Source: Candidatus Bathyarchaeota archaeon
Lineage (GTDB): Archaea > Thermoproteota > Bathyarchaeia > Bathyarchaeales > Bathycorpusculaceae
Length of the DNA: 64,000 bases
Direction of reading: 5' to 3'
NCBI GenBank assembly: GCA_963806535.1
Contig: CAWDYC010000009.1
Location: 32,001 to 96,000, forward strand
The notes under the pieces were generated by a model. The model was not told the DNA's origin. It saw only the letters and a list, made by a program, of their open reading frames with translations, and ran no database searches. Below, one piece after another: positions 20,276 to 29,414 of this stretch (positions within the stretch are counted from its first letter, which is position 1; every line of letters starts with the position of its first letter). The position numbers were made by a program, and so were the translations under genes.

Positions 20276-22648
20276 GTGAAAGTGTCTTTTTGGCTTCTCG
20301 ACATCAACCCCAAAATCGATGGCGCATCCGTTGAGCTGTGGCTTTGGGGAATTGACAAAAGCGGTGGCCAAGTGTTAGTTATTGAAAGAAATTTTAATGC
20401 TTACTTTTACGCTGTGATCAAAGACGATTGCGATCCATTTCAGACTTCAGCAAAAATCATGAATGCCTATCCATCTTCAATTGTAAATGCAGAAGCGGTT
20501 GAGCGCAGGTTCTTCGGCAAACCCGTGAATGCAATAAAAATCTGCTGCAAGGTTGCAACTGAAACAGTTAAACTTGCAAAAGATCTTCGAAGCTTCGAAG
20601 GAGTAAAAGAGTGCCTCGAAGACGACATTCGCGTTACCATGCGGTACCTCATTGATAATGATGTTGCTCCATGTGCTTGGCATGAAGTAGAGGCTGAAGA
20701 AGAAGAAAAGAAATCAGGAGTAAGAGTTGACAAAGTTTATGCTGCAAAATCCATTCCAAAACAGCTTGATTGCGTCGATAAACCCCCGCTTAAAGTGCTT
20801 AGTTTCTCAATGATAAGTTACAGTAAGGAGGGCTCGCCTAAACCAGACAGAAACCCCGTGGTTATAATTTCTACGGTTAACAGCGACGGCAAAGAAAAGC
20901 AGTTTACAGCCGGCGATGACAAAAACGACAAGCCTGTTCTACAACAGTTTATTGATTATATTTGCATGTTTGATCCAGACGTCATTGTAAGTTTTGGAGC
21001 TAACGCTAAAGATTGGGATTACCTGATAAAACGAAGCCATAGGCTTCAGAGAACGTTTGACGTTGACCGAGGCAAAAAAGAACCTCATACCAGCATTTAC
21101 GGTCACGTATCATTCACGGGCATCGCCAACGTTGACCTTGCCGATTTCATGGATGTTTTTCCCGAAGTGAAGGTAAAGACCCTAGCAAACTTGGCTTATT
21201 ATTTGGGTGCAACGAAAGATACCTCGAAAATAGAGGATGTAGATTTTCCCGATTATTGGGACCAACCGCAAAAAAGAGAAACCCTCAAAGAATTCAGTTT
21301 AAACAAAGCTCGAAAAATCCAAAGCTCTGCAGTTTTGCTGCTTGATTTCGGAATGCAACTTTCAAACCTTGTTAGTCTGCCCTTGGATCATGTGATGACA
21401 GCTGCTGTTGGATTTAGAGTTGAATGGTTTTTGATTAAACAAATCAGCAAAATCGGCGAGCTTATTCCCAGGCGTATAGAGCAGCCGTATCGCCCTTACG
21501 CTGGCGGGTTAGTTCTTAGTCCAAAACCAGGTTTGCACGATAACATTGCTGTTTTAGATTTTAAATCAATGTACCCAAACATCATGATAAGATACAACCT
21601 TTCACCAGACACATACATTGCCCCAGAAGATCCTGAACCGCCAGCAGGATTCTACGAAGCTCCAGAAGTAAAATATCGATTCCGAAAAGTACCGCCAGGA
21701 TTCTACAAAGAAGCTTTAACCTATCTGATTGGAGTTAGAAGCAAAATACGAGCGCTAATGAAGCAGTTAAATCCCAGCACGGTTGAATACAACATCTTAG
21801 ATGCAAGGCAAAAAGCAGTAAAAATAATTACAAACGCCGCGTACGGCTACGCTGGCTGGATTGGAGCAAGATGGTACATTAAACCCGTCGCTGAAGCAGC
21901 ATCTGCCTGGGGCAGACACTCAATTTTAAGCGCTACACATTTAGCTGAAAATAAAGGTTTAAAAATTATTTACGGTGACACAGACAGCCTGTTTCTAACA
22001 AACGACGAAAAAAAACTTCTTGAACTCAAAGAGAAAATCGGCGAAGATTTGGGTTTGGAAGTAGAAGTAGGTGAAGTGTACAAACGTATTTTCTTTACAG
22101 AAGCCAAAAAACGTTATGCGGGCTTACGGCTGGACGACAGCTTGGATATCGTGGGGTTAGAAGTTATCCGCGGCGACTGGGCTGAAGTAGCAAAAAAAGT
22201 GCAAGAACATGTCCTTGAAATAATCTTGAAAGAGCAGTCGCCAAAAAACGCAATAGTCTACGTGCATAAGGTAATCTCTCAGTTAAGGCTAAGAGAAATT
22301 CCTTTTCATGACTTAATAATTTGGAAAACACTGACCAAAGCGCCTGAACAATACGCCATTAGAGCTCCCCACGTTGAAGCTGCAAAGATGCTCAAAGAAA
22401 AAGGCTGGCGTCTAACAGCAGGCGATAAAGTAGGCTTTGTTATACTAACGGGTCAGGGGCGTTTTTACAGTCGCGTGAAACCCTACGTTTTTGCAAAGTA
22501 TGAAGAGGTAGACGTTGATTACTACATAACTAACCAGATAGTTCCGGCTGCAGTTAGAATACTTGGATTCTTCAACGTAACCGAAAAAGAACTGATTAAA
22601 GAAGCAAAAGAAACTGAAGAAACTAAAAGTTTAATGGATTATATTTAA
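20276..22648 (+). CDS. polB: Family B DNA polymerase (PolB3-like) with degenerate 3'-5' exonuclease motifs
   Basis: VLDFKSMYPNIM, KIITNAAYGY, YGDTDSLF, KKRYAG; start uncertain (GTG 20276 chosen). Confidence 0.93.
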   Translation: MKVSFWLLDINPKIDGASVELWLWGIDKSGGQVLVIERNFNAYFYAVIKDDCDPFQTSAKIMNAYPSSIVNAEAVERRFFGKPVNAIKICCKVATETVKLAKDLRSFEGVKECLEDDIRVTMRYLIDNDVAPCAWHEVEAEEEEKKSGVRVDKVYAAKSIPKQLDCVDKPPLKVLSFSMISYSKEGSPKPDRNPVVIISTVNSDGKEKQFTAGDDKNDKPVLQQFIDYICMFDPDVIVSFGANAKDWDYLIKRSHRLQRTFDVDRGKKEPHTSIYGHVSFTGIANVDLADFMDVFPEVKVKTLANLAYYLGATKDTSKIEDVDFPDYWDQPQKRETLKEFSLNKARKIQSSAVLLLDFGMQLSNLVSLPLDHVMTAAVGFRVEWFLIKQISKIGELIPRRIEQPYRPYAGGLVLSPKPGLHDNIAVLDFKSMYPNIMIRYNLSPDTYIAPEDPEPPAGFYEAPEVKYRFRKVPPGFYKEALTYLIGVRSKIRALMKQLNPSTVEYNILDARQKAVKIITNAAYGYAGWIGARWYIKPVAEAASAWGRHSILSATHLAENKGLKIIYGDTDSLFLTNDEKKLLELKEKIGEDLGLEVEVGEVYKRIFFTEAKKRYAGLRLDDSLDIVGLEVIRGDWAEVAKKVQEHVLEIILKEQSPKNAIVYVHKVISQLRLREIPFHDLIIWKTLTKAPEQYAIRAPHVEAAKMLKEKGWRLTAGDKVGFVILTGQGRFYSRVKPYVFAKYEEVDVDYYITNQIVPAAVRILGFFNVTEKELIKEAKETEETKSLMDYI

Positions 22649-23820
22649 GCTTGGACAATGGCATCTTGGAAAGTTACCAATTCAACATTTAATGCTGGCT
22701 TTACTGCTTCTGAAATGCGTGACGCAACTATTCGCCTAATGTTTTTGTCAGCTGCAATGTCAACAATTCTCTGGGTAATAATCCCGTCGAAAACCACTGT
22801 GTCAACGCCAGTCACTTGCTGAAGTTTCTCGGCTAATTGGCTTACAGGTAATCGCTCGACGAATTCAAATTTCTCGTTAAGCAAGACTGCTTCAAGTGTG
22901 CCCTGTAATGCTTTTGCTGCTTGACCTACGGGCTCTGGAACTTCAACTTTGATGCGGTGAGGTACTGGCGGTTCAGGTTTTTTAGTGGCTTTAGGAGGTG
23001 CTACGGCTTCAGCAATTGGAAGCTTATTTTCTATGGCTTCAGCGATTTCTTTACAGTTACATTCTTCGATTTCTTTGCCTCGAGGAGCTCGGCCGACAAA
23101 TTTGACACTTGTAACTTGGATTAGCTCTTTAAGTATCAAGTCTCCGCCTCGGTCACCATCTAGCAAGGCAGTTGCTGGTTTTTCTTTGGTTAACTTCTTT
23201 ATTGACTCTGGAACTTTGGCGCCTTCAAGGGCAACAGTGTTGAAAATTCCGCATCGCATTAAGTTGATTATGTCTGCGCGTCCCTCGACAACAAAAATTT
23301 CTTTTGCAGCATCTAGTCCTGGACCTGCAGGCAAGTCTTCTGGGCCGTACTTTTCTACTTTTCCAACTTTCATGGTTTCAGAAATTTCTTTGTAAACGTC
23401 ATCGACACTGGGCATTGACTCGATAGTCCATTTGTGGAGAATTTCTTTTGCACGGTCAATAATGATTTTTCTTCGCGCTTCACGGATATCTTCGATTCTG
23501 TCTATGCCGACTTTTGCTGAGCATGGACCAACGCGGTTAATGCTTTCAATGCTTGCTGCAATAAGAGCTGTTGAAACCCGGTCTAAACTGGTTGGAATAG
23601 TTATTAAGCCCGTGGTTTTGTCGTTTTTTGAGTGTAAATCAATTTCGATTCTTCCGATTCGACCTGTTTTCTGAAGTTCTCGTAGATCAAGTTCAGGTCC
23701 AAAAAGTCCTTCTGTTTGACCGAAAACTGCGCCTATAACATCGGGTTTTTCTACTACGCCTTCAATTTCAAATCTCGCGTGAATAACGTACTTAATCGTA
23801 AATGTTTGGGATGTTCCCGT
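22645..23820 (-). CDS. dnaG: Archaeal DnaG (Toprim) primase/exosome-associated protein; no canonical start codon
   Basis: Frame is open upstream of the ORF-track call: KYVIHARFEIEGVVEKPDVIGAVFGQTEGL...; Toprim VVEGRAD and DGDRGG. Confidence 0.9.
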   Translation of the reverse strand, partial: TGTSQTFTIKYVIHARFEIEGVVEKPDVIGAVFGQTEGLFGPELDLRELQKTGRIGRIEIDLHSKNDKTTGLITIPTSLDRVSTALIAASIESINRVGPCSAKVGIDRIEDIREARRKIIIDRAKEILHKWTIESMPSVDDVYKEISETMKVGKVEKYGPEDLPAGPGLDAAKEIFVVEGRADIINLMRCGIFNTVALEGAKVPESIKKLTKEKPATALLDGDRGGDLILKELIQVTSVKFVGRAPRGKEIEECNCKEIAEAIENKLPIAEAVAPPKATKKPEPPVPHRIKVEVPEPVGQAAKALQGTLEAVLLNEKFEFVERLPVSQLAEKLQQVTGVDTVVFDGIITQRIVDIAADKNIRRIVASRISEAVKPALNVELVTFQDAIVQA

Positions 23821-24371
23821 AAATATGCACTTCCTATTTGTAAATTATTTAATTATGTTAAATCGCATAAGGCGAGTGTATCTCGCATTAATGAGATTTT
23901 TAATTATTTTATTAGTTTGATAAAATTTAGGTGCAAGCTATTTAATATAACTTGTGTAGCCCAGCTATTTATCCTAAGTACTTTTCTCATTTTTAGTTCA
24001 TTTCAAATAGGTGACTAAATTGGCGTGTTAATGGAGTCAATAGAAAACACGTTGGAAAGTTTTTATCGCCCAATGGACAATATTATATTGCATTTAGCGG
24101 GCAATTCTTTTTCGACAACAATGCAAGAAGGTTTCAAGATAGACAAAAAAAATTGCCGAATAGACTTGACAACCTTCTTAGAGAGGGCTGCTTAGACAAA
24201 GAAACTTATATGTTAAGGATTCTTGAAACATTATCAGAAAAACTCAATTCTATGGAAAACAAAGAAGGCAATTCAACCATCCAGAAATAGAAGAAGAGAG
24301 AAAAAAGAATAGAATATATCAAAAATGGGAAAGATCCTTTTAGCCAAGAAATACAAGCTGATTGTCAGAAA

Positions 24372-24638
24372 TTACCAGTTCCAGGGAAGTGCGCCAGGGT
24401 AATAAATCTGAAGAACAACAAAAACGAGTAAAATTATCACAATGCCAGTGATTATGGCTTTTAATGCAGTGAAAGAGATCCTGAGTTTGGGAGAATGCTC
24501 TCTAACGGAATTCTGATTTGCTTCATGTCCACGTTGAATTTCAGGCATCGGTGAATTTTTCTGAGACATTGCTTTTCCACAGAATTCGCAAAATAAAACA
24601 TCGTCTTTGTTTTGTCTTCCGCAAAAGTTGCAAAACAT
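24372..24638 (-). CDS. Zinc-ribbon protein with C-terminal TM helix
   Basis: MFCNFCG...FCEFCG plus hydrophobic C-terminus. Confidence 0.75.
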   Translation of the reverse strand: MFCNFCGRQNKDDVLFCEFCGKAMSQKNSPMPEIQRGHEANQNSVREHSPKLRISFTALKAIITGIVIILLVFVVLQIYYPGALPWNW

Positions 24639-25089
24639 CTATGTGGCTCCTTTATTTTGTTTGTAAGCGATGGCAATAAAGTTTACTTAGTTTACAAAAG
24701 TACGGTTTGGCGAACCAATTGTGTTAACCATGCGACATCTGAAAAATTTCGGAAGAGAAGAGAGCACGTGTCGCATTTTTTGATTAATTATTGATTCGCC
24801 AAACTATCCACGCGGGTTGTCATTACGCATTTATATGATTGTCGAGAAAAAATAAAAGAATATGTTGTTGCATCATAGAGCCAACATTATAGGCTCTTAG
24901 CTTTAACTTACTTGTTTCCTGAGCGCTTATCTCCCAATTCCGCTACCATATTACACTCTAGATTGTTCCCTTGCCTACTCGTTAAACATAATTTTACTAG
25001 CCAAAATGAGTCCGCGACCAATTGCGGGCTTTACCCTTTAGCTTAAATAATAAATCAGCCAAAAGGTAAATCCGTAAACGGCGACTGCC

Positions 25090-25905
25090 ATGAGCTTAAG
25101 CTTAAACCCTGAATACGAAAAATTGCTTCCTAAAATGTCTGAAGAAGAATTCGCCGAGCTCAAAGCATCCATTCAAGCTGAAGGGCAACATTACGCTATA
25201 ATAGTGAACGAGGACTTGGAAGTTTTGGATGGGCATCATAGGTATCGTGCCTGTTCTGAATTGGGTATTGAGCCAGATTTTGAGGTTCGGAAGTTTGATG
25301 ATAAGCTTTTGGAGAAAAAATTTGTTATAGAATCTAATCTTAGGCGTCGGCATCTAAATAATTTTCAGCTTGTGGAGTTGGCTGCACCGCTTCTTGAGAT
25401 TGAGCAGGCGCTGGCAAAACAACGGCAGGCTAAAGGAGGAAAAAACGGGCGAAACTTGCAGTTAGGCATAGCGCCAATAGACATTGAGCCGGAGTTTAAG
25501 GCAAAAGCAGCTGAAGCAGTCGCCAAAAAAGCTGGCGTTTCAACGCGTACTTTTGAGCGAGGCAAAGTAATACTTCAAGAAGCAAGCGAAGATGATAAGC
25601 AAAAACTTCGCGAAGGCAAAACTAGCATAACTCACGTTTACAACGAAATTGTTTCGGGCGAGCAGCCTAAAGAAGATTCGACTGAAGCATCTATAGTAAA
25701 GCAGGAGACAGCTCGGGATTTGAAGAATAAGGCGGATTTACTGGAGATTCTGGAGCGTCTTCAGAAAGGGGAGTTGTTCTGTCCCGCATGTGGAAATCCC
25801 ATGTTGCAATGTAGCAAATGCCATAAAACTTTGGAAACTCTGCTGGAATTGAGGGGTCCAAAAGCAAAGTACATCAACAAGGATCAAAATGAAAATCCTA
25901 CCTAA
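25090..25905 (+). CDS. ParB/Srx N-terminal domain protein with HTH and C-terminal Cys4 motif
   Basis: VLDGHHRYRA, SNLRRRHL, HTH 'AVAKKAGVSTRTFER', CPACG...CSKC. Confidence 0.82.
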   Translation: MSLSLNPEYEKLLPKMSEEEFAELKASIQAEGQHYAIIVNEDLEVLDGHHRYRACSELGIEPDFEVRKFDDKLLEKKFVIESNLRRRHLNNFQLVELAAPLLEIEQALAKQRQAKGGKNGRNLQLGIAPIDIEPEFKAKAAEAVAKKAGVSTRTFERGKVILQEASEDDKQKLREGKTSITHVYNEIVSGEQPKEDSTEASIVKQETARDLKNKADLLEILERLQKGELFCPACGNPMLQCSKCHKTLETLLELRGPKAKYINKDQNENPT

Positions 25906-26081
25906 CTATTTATGATAATCTTCATCTAACTCGCTTCTTAGAAAACTTCAGCGACACAGTCTTAAAAATGTATCAGCCACTCGAAGCGAGAGAATGTGTT
26001 TTGGCCGTTGAATAACTAACTTTTCCGAAGCGTAAATAATAATAGCCCTGCGAGAACAACATTACTGCGTAAAGTGATAAC

Positions 26082-27306
26082 ATGCAGAAGTCTTATTCAC
26101 GTTTACTTGGCGTAGTTGGAAAGCCAAATACGGGTAAATCCACATTCTTTAGTGCAGTAACCCTCGTAGCAGCTGAAATAGCAAATTATCCTTTTACCAC
26201 CATTAAACCCAATCGCGGTGTCGGTTACGTCCGAACACCATGCGTCCACGAAGAATTTAAGGTTAAAGACTACCCGAAAAACTCGCTTTGCCTCGACGGA
26301 GTAAGGCTTGTTCCTGTAGAATTAATAGATATTGCCGGTATCGTTCCTGGCGCTTGGGAAGGACGCGGCTTAGGCAACCAATTCCTAGATGAAATACGCA
26401 GAGCCGACGCGCTTATACATGTAGTTGACGCTTCAGGTGGAACCGACTGTGAAGGAAAAAGCTGCAAGCCCGGCGAACGTGACCCGCTGGAAGATGTAAA
26501 GTTTCTTGAACGAGAAATAACAATGTGGATGATAACAATTCTCAAGAAGGATTGGCCAAAAATCGCTCGGACAGCAGAAGCCGACAAAAAAGGCATTGCG
26601 CTCCCGCTTGAAGATCGCCTAACAGGTTTAGGCATTAGACGTCAATTAGTCGGGGAAGCCATCCGAAAAGCAAATTTAAACATAGATAAACCAACAACAT
26701 GGTCTGACAACGACTTCTACCGGTTTGTTGACACTTTAAGACGAATGTCAAAACCTATGCTGATAGTTGCAAACAAGATTGATTTGCCGACCGCTGAAGC
26801 AAATTTAAAGCGCATGAAAGAGCTTGACTATATGGTTATACCGTGTTCTGCGGAAGCCGAACTTGGGCTTAGAAGAGCTGCCGAAAAACAATTAATCGAT
26901 TACAAACCAGGTGACGGCGACTTCAAAATAACGCATCCAGAAAAACTATCCCCGGGACAAATTAAAGCTTCTAGAATCTATACGTGAAAAAGTGCTCGCT
27001 AAAAACGGGTCAACAGGTATCCAAAACGCTATGAACATTGCATACTTTAAACTCCTAAACATGATAACAGTTTATCCAGTAGAAGATTTAGAACATCTGT
27101 CAGACCACAACGGAAGAGTGTTACCAGATACTTACCTCGTGCCGCAAGGAACAACTGCAAGACAATTCGCCTACGTAATTCACAGCGAACTTGGCGATAA
27201 CTTCATTTATGCCGTAGATGCAAGAGACAAAAGAAGAATTGGTGAGGACGCCATCTTAAAGGACCGAGATGTCATTTCGATAGTTAGCGCCAAAAAACGT
27301 GCTTGA
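26082..27306 (+). CDS. ychF: YchF/Obg-like GTPase/ATPase with TGS domain, frameshift at ~26970
   Basis: GKPNTGKST, YPFTTIKPN, DIAG, ANKID; TGS 'AYVIHSELG' in the second ORF. Confidence 0.9.
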
Positions 27307-27450
27307 GATAATTTAGTTTTACATTTATACCGTTGAATTACGCGATAAATAACGCTTTCAATTAATTTCTGTTTTCCTATTATTTGAAAGGATAATATGC
27401 ATATTAATATTGACGGATAATATGCAATGAGAACGATTTACTTTTGGTTT

Positions 27451-27672
27451 TTAAGGGACACTCGTAATAAGCATAACGGCTACTCGGACAGAGACCGTAA
27501 TTAGAAATAGTATCCCAGCAACTACCGCAACCGTACGAATTTTCTTCTTGCTAATTGTTAGATTTGTTAAACCGCAATAGGGTGAAGTCAGAGAAGCACT
27601 AATTAGAAGCACGATTGAACCAATGGCGAGTAACAAACTTAAATCATTAAAGTTCAAAAGTGGAATCTGCAC
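27451..27672 (-). CDS. Small two-TM membrane protein
   Basis: Two hydrophobic helices; GTG start behind GAGGA. Confidence 0.55.
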   Translation of the reverse strand: MQIPLLNFNDLSLLLAIGSIVLLISASLTSPYCGLTNLTISKKKIRTVAVVAGILFLITVSVRVAVMLITSVP

Positions 27673-28130
27673 GGAGTATTCCTCATTAAGTGATATTTTG
27701 CTGGTTATGGTCAATCAATTATATCTGGTTTCTTCCAACCCGCCATTTTTTCTGGGCGGATTCAAGTCCGCTGATATGTAGTTTAACTATTTTTTCCGTC
27801 TACCCCCGACTTTCGAATATTAGTCACATTTATGAATTTTTAACTTTCGAAATGGCAGGCATTTATGTTTTGTATATGAGTTCTGACATTTGTGTAGCTA
27901 GAGTTGCCAATAATATTGTCAATAGTATTTATAACTAAATAACGTTTATTAATACTCAATAAAACTGATATTTACTGGTGTTCTTAGAGATTGGTCAAGC
28001 AAAATTACTCCAACAAAGAAAAATACAGTGAAGTTTTTGCGTCTTTGCCAATTATTGAAAACAAAATCATCCACAAAAAAGTTGCAACGAATTTCATTCA
28101 AAAGTCCTATATGAAACAAGAGGTAAATGC

Positions 28131-29390
28131 TTGACAAAGGTCAAAGTGTATGCTTTGACAGGCATTTGTTTTCTTTTGTTAATCTGCACTTTTTTTCCCA
28201 TTGAGGTTTCAGGGCAAACAGAGGCAAATCGAAATAGCGTTCGATTGTTCGCAAGTGGAAATATTCAGCAAACAGATAAGACCACATTAGAATCTCATGT
28301 TAAAGAAAGTTTCAGTTCTCTTAATAAAACATCTACTTATTGTATCGAAAAATTTGAGGGCTATACCTGCTGGGGCGATGGATTAACAAGCAAACTTATT
28401 GACTATAGCAACAATGATACGTATATAGCTTCAAATGCGTTTGGTAATTGTTCAAGTGGCAATATACTTTTCAAAAACGGAGAATATGTTTTTGACCAAA
28501 CGTTGTTTTTGCACAGCGACTTGAGGATAGAAGGCGAAGGTCCGACAACAATATTGCGATGGAATGTTGCAGTTCACGGATTACTAGCAGTTGGCCATAT
28601 TGGCGATGAGATAACAAACGTAACTGTTGAAAATCTTACAATTACTGCACCTAGATTTAGCCACATAGATCAAAACTCAGCAAACGGTATCTATTTTTAC
28701 GCCGTAAATGATAGCTACATAAATAATGTAGATGTAATTGGAACATCATGCAGCAATATAAGGCTAAACAATTGTTTCAGAGTCAATATTGCAAGATGCC
28801 AAATTCAAAACGGAAATATAGGTATTCTAAATGTTGAAAGTCTCAATTCAACTATAGAGAATAACACAATAAGTTCACAAATTGGTCACGGGATAGACAA
28901 TAATAAAGCTGTCAATGCGGATATAAAAGGAAATTATGTGATTAGTGGAAGGGGTGGTATTAGTTTCGATGATAGCTGTAACATAACAATTGAGAACAAT
29001 ACTGTTTCAAATTGTGACGAAGTGGGTATAACTGGAACTAAGTATGATAACACTCGTTTTGGCTCCAAATTCTTCACAATAGTTGGAAATCAAATATCAA
29101 ACATTGGTTTCTATAATGGAACCGACGGGCACGGGATAAGAATAGTCAATTCAAGCTATGGCTTAATTGAGAATAATACAGTTGAATTTTGTGCTGCTTC
29201 CGGAATGAGCTTAGAAAACCACAGCACAAAAAATGTTTTGAGAACTAATACTTGTAAAAATAATACTGACTTTGGCATATATATAGCAAGTCAAGATGTT
29301 ACTTTTTCTTTAGTTTTGCACAATCAATTGACAAATAATTACAAAGAAAATTTTCTTGACAACGGTTTACATACAATGTTCGTTAAATAG
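28131..29390 (+). CDS. Secreted right-handed parallel beta-helix protein (pectate lyase/NosD-like)
   Basis: Signal peptide; repeated 'IENNT' and 'GI' beta-helix units. Confidence 0.8.
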   Translation: MTKVKVYALTGICFLLLICTFFPIEVSGQTEANRNSVRLFASGNIQQTDKTTLESHVKESFSSLNKTSTYCIEKFEGYTCWGDGLTSKLIDYSNNDTYIASNAFGNCSSGNILFKNGEYVFDQTLFLHSDLRIEGEGPTTILRWNVAVHGLLAVGHIGDEITNVTVENLTITAPRFSHIDQNSANGIYFYAVNDSYINNVDVIGTSCSNIRLNNCFRVNIARCQIQNGNIGILNVESLNSTIENNTISSQIGHGIDNNKAVNADIKGNYVISGRGGISFDDSCNITIENNTVSNCDEVGITGTKYDNTRFGSKFFTIVGNQISNIGFYNGTDGHGIRIVNSSYGLIENNTVEFCAASGMSLENHSTKNVLRTNTCKNNTDFGIYIASQDVTFSLVLHNQLTNNYKENFLDNGLHTMFVK

Positions 29391-29414
29391 AGAAAGTTTA
29401 TTGAAGATCTAGGT

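Noticed and set aside
24031-24195. 54-aa plus-strand ORF (MESIENTLESF...)
   Set aside because: No recognisable motif or clear SD, so it cannot be supported.
24877-24897. AGAGCC-N9-GGCTCT hairpin as an ncRNA or parS site
   Set aside because: Short single stem with no second copy or recognisable RNA motif.
26960-26992. Programmed ribosomal frameshifting in ychF and other split genes
   Set aside because: No consistent slippery heptamer or stimulatory structure; the scattered shifts fit sequencing error better.
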